From the NCBI GenBank assembly GCA_010093745.1, contig MU006003.1, forward strand, positions 1-64,000: a stretch of DNA of 64,000 nucleotides. The letters run 5' to 3'. Every line of letters begins with the position of its first letter. The first letter of the stretch is position 1. The stretch comes from Piedraia hortae CBS 480.64 (taxonomy: Eukaryota). The notes beneath the pieces were generated by a model. That model was not told the origin of the DNA, did not search any database, and was given only the letters and a program-made list of their open reading frames with translations. Both the position numbers and the translations under genes were made by a program. Shown here piece after piece: positions 58,521-64,000 of this stretch.

Positions 58521-59270
58521 ATGTCAATCGCTCGGGCATTCACTACGCGACGCAAGGTCGACAAGATCGGTGGCCGCGCCATCGATATTTCTCAGATTTC
58601 GTCGCCCGTTGTACTGCTCTCGACGAGCAATCTGGGGCTGAAAGAGACTCCGCAAATCGCCGGCACACGGACAATCGAAGTGCGCAATTTCTCCACGTCG
58701 AGCGCATCATCCGAAGAAAGCGATGCGAGCAGCGCCAGCATTCACTCACATGAAACTGTGACGGACGCCTCATCAGTCGACGAGAGCCCACCGGTGTCGG
58801 TGAAGCCAGAGATGGGGCCGAACCACCTCAGTTGCTACTTCTCTCCTAAAGTCGATACGGTGAACAAGAATGGAGTCCCGCCGCCCACTGCCTGGTCGCC
58901 GGCGCCGGATGCGCCTCTGCTCCCCGCGCGTGTGCCATCGCATTCCAAAAAAGCCCACGAGACGGTCCACAGAATGCGCGCTCATCGTCAGCAGCTTGCG
59001 TCCGCAAGGCCACTAGACGTTAGCACTCCCGAAGAGGTAGTAGAAGCACCCTCGCGCAGTCCCTTTGACAGGGAACTGGCGCAGCTGGACGAGGTGGCTG
59101 AGGAGTTTGGCAACGTCATCCGCGACGCAGAGTACCACGTCGACATGAAGGCCATGCAGATGCATAACCTCGCTCAGTTCCAAGTCGTTGACTACCTGGC
59201 CGAGATTGAAATCTTGGTGGCTGACGTTTTTGCCGACGAGCTGCCGGATGATATGGGAGGGTGGATTTAA
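58521..59270 (+). CDS. Hypothetical Ser-rich protein
   Basis: 249-aa ATG ORF with coding-like codon use (ISSPVVLLSTSN, NHLSCYF, PFDRELAQLDEVAEEFG, C-terminal WI). Confidence 0.7.
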   Translation: MSIARAFTTRRKVDKIGGRAIDISQISSPVVLLSTSNLGLKETPQIAGTRTIEVRNFSTSSASSEESDASSASIHSHETVTDASSVDESPPVSVKPEMGPNHLSCYFSPKVDTVNKNGVPPPTAWSPAPDAPLLPARVPSHSKKAHETVHRMRAHRQQLASARPLDVSTPEEVVEAPSRSPFDRELAQLDEVAEEFGNVIRDAEYHVDMKAMQMHNLAQFQVVDYLAEIEILVADVFADELPDDMGGWI

Positions 59271-59755
59271 ATCAGGCCGAAAGGAGAGAGTGCGATGACC
59301 AGACGCGATACATACTTCTCCAGGAGAGACATGCGGGGAGGGGCTTTTATCATACATTCCTTTACTTTTCCAATGTAGCTTAGTCTGCTACCAGACGATG
59401 AATGATTTCCTTTTTCTTACCTGATTGCAGCAGTTCTGGTAACGCACTTGGGCGACCCTGGCTAGCGCCCGGTAGATTTCCGACTGCACGTGCGTTGAAC
59501 CCTTATTTAGTGCGTTGCCCCTCCCAACGGCCAAACCACACCCAGCAATTTTTCTTTGCCGTGACAAGACTTGAAAGTTCAGGAAAAGGCGCAGGGGCTT
59601 AGACAAACTATTTAGTGCAACTATCGCGAATCGTATCATCTTGCAAGCGACAGCTAGCGAAAGGTGTAGAGGAAACCTTCCCAGAGTGGAAAAGGCTACC
59701 GCTAGCGCAAGGAGGGGCAAAAAGGCACACGGGTAACAAACAAATGGAACAGGTC

Positions 59756-60180
59756 ATGGACATTGATTATACGCGTCGCAACAAGAAGCCGCGGCTGCTG
59801 ATGCCGTCGGAACGCGCAGAGCTTGATGAGTTCATTGATGCTATCCATTACTCTTCGCGGTGGGTATCCTGGCTGTTGCTGCTGCTCCTGGCAAAGCTGA
59901 TGGCTTCTCAGCTACAACGACGATACGTTCGAGTATAGACACGTGCAGCTGCCAAAGCAGATGCTCAAGAAGATCCCGCGCGATTACTTTGACGGAGCGC
60001 GTGGAACGCTGAAGCTTCTCTGGGAGGACGAGTGGAGAGGCATGGGAATCACCCAGTCCCTGGGCTGGGAGCATTACGAGGTTCACGAGCCTGAGCCGCA
60101 CATTCTGCTATTCAAGTGGGTTTCCTTTGAACTGTTTCACGTTCTAGACTGACAGCAGTAGGCGGCCGCTGCAGCAATAG
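59756..60180 (+). CDS. CKS1: Cyclin-dependent kinase regulatory subunit; introns 59860-59911 and 60116-60161
   Basis: [21 protein letters not shown]...[31 protein letters not shown]. Confidence 0.95.
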
Positions 60181-60313
60181 GCAGTGCAGCAGAGACGATA
60201 GACGTTCTTCATGGCCAAAACAGGACCCGGTCAATGGCGTGACGGTTCTTATATCCCTTTTTGCGTCAGACTGTGCTATGAAATCAATGTATGTGCACAA
60301 TGGAATCAAAACA

Positions 60314-61736
60314 CTATCGGTCAACCTCTCCAAATACAATGTCCATGGTGCCGATAATGGCCACGGCGTCGGCCAGCAAATGACCGCGCGACATTTGATC
60401 AAAGCCGCTGAGGTGTGCAAAGCCCGGCGCGCGGATCTTGCATCGGTACGGCCTCTCACTACCGTCAGACACAACAAAGACGCCCATCTCGCCCTTTGGC
60501 GCCTCGATGGCAGTATAAGTCTCGCCCGGAGGCACCGTGTAGCCCTTGCTGAACAGGAGGAAGTGGTGAATGAGCGTCTCCATGTTCTCCTTCATCGCCG
60601 CCCGCGGAGGCGTCGCGATCTTGTAGTCCTCGACCTTGACAGGTCCCGTCGGCATCTTGTTCAGACACTGGTGGATGATGCGCAGCGACTGGCGGAACTC
60701 CTCCATGCGCACCAGGTAGCGATCATAGCAGTCGCCGTTGATGCCAACGGGAACATCAAACTCCACCTGATCATACGCATCGTACGGCTGCGATTTGCGG
60801 ATATCCCACGGTATGCCCGACCCGCGGAGCATGGGCCCCGAGAACGAAAGGTTGACGGCCTCTGCCGCCGTTACGGTGCCGACGTCCTTTGTCCGCGCTA
60901 GCCAGATGCGGTTGTCCGTCAACATCTCTTCTGTTTCGTCAATGCGATCGCCAAACTGAGTAGCCCATTGGTAGATGTCATCCAGGAGACCAAGGGGCAG
61001 ATCCTGCGACACACCTCCTGGACGCACGTAGGCCGCGTGAAGCCGAGCTCCCGACACGCGTTCGTAGAATTCCTACTGCCGTCAGCTATTTTCGCCACCG
61101 CGGACGCTCCTGCCTTACCATAAGCTTCTCCCGCTCCTCAAAGCCCCACAGAAATGGCGTTAGAGCACCGACGTCCATGGCATGCGACAGGACAGACATT
61201 AGATGGTTTAGTATACGCGTCATTTCCCCAAACAGGGTCCGGATCCACTTAGCCCGCTCCGGAATCTCAATGTTAAGCAGCTTCTCCACTGCCAAGCTGA
61301 AGCATTGTTCGTTCGTCATCATGCTGACGTAGTCGAGGCGGTCAAAGTAGGGCAACGCTTGGAGATACGTCTTGTACTCTATCAACTTCTCCGTGCCACG
61401 GTGGAGCAGGCCAATGTGAGGGTCTGCCCGTAGAATCGTCTCACCATTCAACTCGAGAATGAGACGCAGCACGCCGTGAGTGGCCGGATGCTGGGGGCCG
61501 AAATTGACTGTGTAGTGGCGAACCTTGCGATGTTCGGGATCTGTGGCATCGTCGGTTGTGCGGTTAACGTGCTCGCCCTCGAGATAAGTGTCATGATTGT
61601 CTTCAGGCACCAACCGGGTCGCATAGGGGTTAATGTCGGCGAAGCGGGAACGTGTGGACGACAGCCATCTTGCCGAGAATCGCGGAGTCTGACGCCAGAC
61701 AGGGGAACGTCTGGCTAGGCGCGCAAGCGACGCCAT
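60314..61736 (-). CDS. NUO49: Complex I 49-kDa subunit (NDUFS2/NuoD); intron ~61073-61118
   Basis: [47 protein letters not shown] and FGEVDR. Confidence 0.95.
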
Positions 61737-61911
61737 TGTTGTGCAGGAGGGATAGGACACAGCGGAAAAGAGTGGAGTGCGTGAGCGTCGTCGACCTGAT
61801 GGCGTCGGAGGTGAGGTCGAGCTTCCCGATTCGCACTAGCGGCCCCACAACGTTATGCATTGACAAGAAAATAATTCCACACCGTGTCAAACATTACCAA
61901 TATTTAGCATC

Positions 61912-63093
61912 ATGTCGAAATCCTGGGCACCTCTCAGCCAAGAAGAGCTTGAAAAGAGGAGACTGGTTCGCTGCAACAAAGAAACAGTTACTGATGTATC
62001 TGCAACCGATGTTATCGGTCACTGGGGGCCCGGCGTGGACGAAAGTTGGGATATCGAAAAGTTCAAGAAGAATCTATCAGTCGTTTTCCATGAGAAAAGA
62101 CCCTACAACAATACTTTCTCTCTATTCGGCGTGGATGCATCAATTGCAAACGCCTTTCGACGGATAATGCTAGCAGAACTTCCCACTGTAGCAATTGAAA
62201 TAGTCAACATCCTCGACAACACATCCGTCATTCATGATGAAGTCCTCTCACACCGTCTTGGCCTGATACCACTCACGGCCGGCACAGAGGGATTAAACTG
62301 GCTAAAGTGGTACCGCAAACTGCCTCCCAAAGACGACTACGCAGCCCAAGCCAGTTGGCCGTACGATATCGATCTCACACCCAATCCTGATGGCGAGCCT
62401 GATCCACACAATAACTTCAATACGCTTATCCTGGAGTTGAACGTGGAATGCCGCTGGGCAACCCAGGCCCAAGACGGACGTGACGGGAAAGCACTAGCCA
62501 GAGCAGGTGAAAACGATCCCAAGATCCGCTACGTCAACAGCAGCGTCTACGCGCATCAACTCAAATTTCGCCCACAGCAAGGCCAAGAAGCTTACTTCTC
62601 GGGTGACAACGTCCTCCGCCCCGTAAACCCAGATATCCTCATTGCCCGACTGAGCCCAGGCCAACGCATCCAATTACAATGTTTCTGCATCAAAGGCATA
62701 GGATCTGATCACGCCAAATTCTCCCCCGTAGCCACGGCCACTTACCGTCTACTCCCCGACATCAAAATCACTGAGCCTATAACCGGCGCCGATGCCATCA
62801 AATTCCAAAAATGTTTCCCGCGTGGTGTAATCAAGCTTGTGGATGGCCCGAACGGGACCAAGCAGGCTGAAGTCGATGATCCTATGAAAGACACCGTCTC
62901 GCGCGAGTGTTTGAACCATTCCGAATTCGAAGGCAAAGTCCGCCTTGGTCGTATTAGGGATCACTTCATCTTCACCGTTGAGAGTACGGGTCAGTATACG
63001 AGCGAGGATCTGTTCCTCGATTCGGTACGTCTGTTGCGGCTAAAAGCACAGAAGTTTACGAATCATCTTGATGATCTCGAGGCGGGGGTTTAG
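61912..63093 (+). CDS. RPC40: RNA polymerase I/III shared subunit AC40
   Basis: DASIANAFRRIMLAELPT, DEVLSHRLGLIP, GIGSDHAKFSPV, DTVSREC and DHFIFTVESTG. Confidence 0.95.
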   Translation: MSKSWAPLSQEELEKRRLVRCNKETVTDVSATDVIGHWGPGVDESWDIEKFKKNLSVVFHEKRPYNNTFSLFGVDASIANAFRRIMLAELPTVAIEIVNILDNTSVIHDEVLSHRLGLIPLTAGTEGLNWLKWYRKLPPKDDYAAQASWPYDIDLTPNPDGEPDPHNNFNTLILELNVECRWATQAQDGRDGKALARAGENDPKIRYVNSSVYAHQLKFRPQQGQEAYFSGDNVLRPVNPDILIARLSPGQRIQLQCFCIKGIGSDHAKFSPVATATYRLLPDIKITEPITGADAIKFQKCFPRGVIKLVDGPNGTKQAEVDDPMKDTVSRECLNHSEFEGKVRLGRIRDHFIFTVESTGQYTSEDLFLDSVRLLRLKAQKFTNHLDDLEAGV

Positions 63094-63264
63094 TATATTC
63101 CGATAGTTGGAGTTGGTGATTGATACCCTTTGTGTTTGTGTGCATCCGTGTGATCCTGGGCAACATACAAAGTTTCCCTTTTCGGAATACAGCAAGATCG
63201 AGTCAACTAAACGGGCAAACTATGGCAATCGTCTCGGCGTATCCGTCTATGTATCTACCGCGCA

Positions 63265-64000
63265 TCAATATCCCCGCCTACGGTCCACAACATTTAACAA
63301 CTTCTTTCCCTTCAAGTTCCTACCCAGGTTTTCCGTAAAGACCTGAAAAGCCCTGTCCATATAATCAACACCCGAGCCACTCACATGCGGGGTGACAATG
63401 ACATTGGGAAAATCCCAAAGCTCGCTATCCTTGGGCAGTGGTTCGGGCTCAGTAGTGTCCAATGCGGCGCCCGCCAACTGTCCATCTTTAAGCGCCTGGA
63501 CGAGGGCAGGCTGGTCAATGATAGGCCCACGCGCAATGTTTGTGACGAATGCACCCTTTAAAAGTTTGAACTCGGGCCCAGAGAGAAAATGGCGCGTCTC
63601 TTTAGTCAGCGGGACAGATATCACCAGCCAATCCAAGTTCTGAGACAGGAAATGTTGCAAACTTTGCTTGTCTAGGCCGCTGTACCATTTCGATGGAATG
63701 TTCCCATCGGGATCACCCGTCCCAGGGAGGATGAAGCCATGGTCTTTTTTCTTTCCATCGGTGTCTTTTTCAGTGGCAGTGAAGGCTAGGACATCCATCC
63801 CCATCGCTTTGGCAACTCTGCCGACTTGCCTCCCTATGCTTCCGTACCCGAGGATGCCTACTGTCTTTTTAACCATGTCCCGCACGTCAGTGAGACCGTT
63901 GCTGTTCCAGTCATGGTTCATTTGCCTCTCGTGCAGCAACTTGTATTTATGATAGTGGGCAAGTAGGGTCATAATGCACCACTCCGCTATCTGAGGACCA
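63265..64000 (-). CDS. D-2-hydroxyacid dehydrogenase family (5' end outside the window)
   Basis: GPQIAEW, VGILGYGSIGRQV, NIARGPII, ALDTTEPEPL and VTPHVSG. Confidence 0.87.
   Translation of the reverse strand, partial: GPQIAEWCIMTLLAHYHKYKLLHERQMNHDWNSNGLTDVRDMVKKTVGILGYGSIGRQVGRVAKAMGMDVLAFTATEKDTDGKKKDHGFILPGTGDPDGNIPSKWYSGLDKQSLQHFLSQNLDWLVISVPLTKETRHFLSGPEFKLLKGAFVTNIARGPIIDQPALVQALKDGQLAGAALDTTEPEPLPKDSELWDFPNVIVTPHVSGSGVDYMDRAFQVFTENLGRNLKGKKLLNVVDRRRGY

Noticed and set aside
60239..60901. Long antisense ORFs over NUO49 (similar ones over SIN3 and TOP1)
   Set aside because: Expected shadows of GC3-rich coding sequence, with no independent motifs.

Overview
Eukaryotic, gene-dense genomic DNA from a filamentous ascomycete. 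Short GT-AG introns with CTRAC/CTAAT branch points and the protein content suggest Dothideomycetes (inference). About 25 intact housekeeping genes are present: MSH1, HEM12, SIN3, an MNN2-type mannosyltransferase, MDE1, a polo kinase, a DsbA-like protein, a MutL-family gene, DYS1, a CLIP-170-like gene, an APH-family gene, ARO8, SmG, Scm3-GATA-Myb, ERO1, ATP3, TOP1, RPS13, an LMBRD1-like gene, CFT1, CKS1, complex I 49-kDa subunit, RPC40 and a partial 2-hydroxyacid dehydrogenase. They are interrupted by decayed regions: a 6.5-kb island (11.8-18.4 kb) with a palindrome/CCAAT repeat array and a long single-frame pseudogene, an eIF4A pseudogene, a tandem DYS1 pseudogene and a PD-(D/E)XK-like pseudogene. 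The most interesting signals are non-coding. An H/ACA snoRNA candidate in the long CFT1 intron has two guide pockets matching 18S rRNA sites not known to me as pseudouridines in S. cerevisiae. A box C/D snoRNA candidate sits in an intron of an apparent non-coding host transcript divergent from ERO1. All identifications come from motif recognition, with no database search, and rRNA target sequences are recalled from memory.
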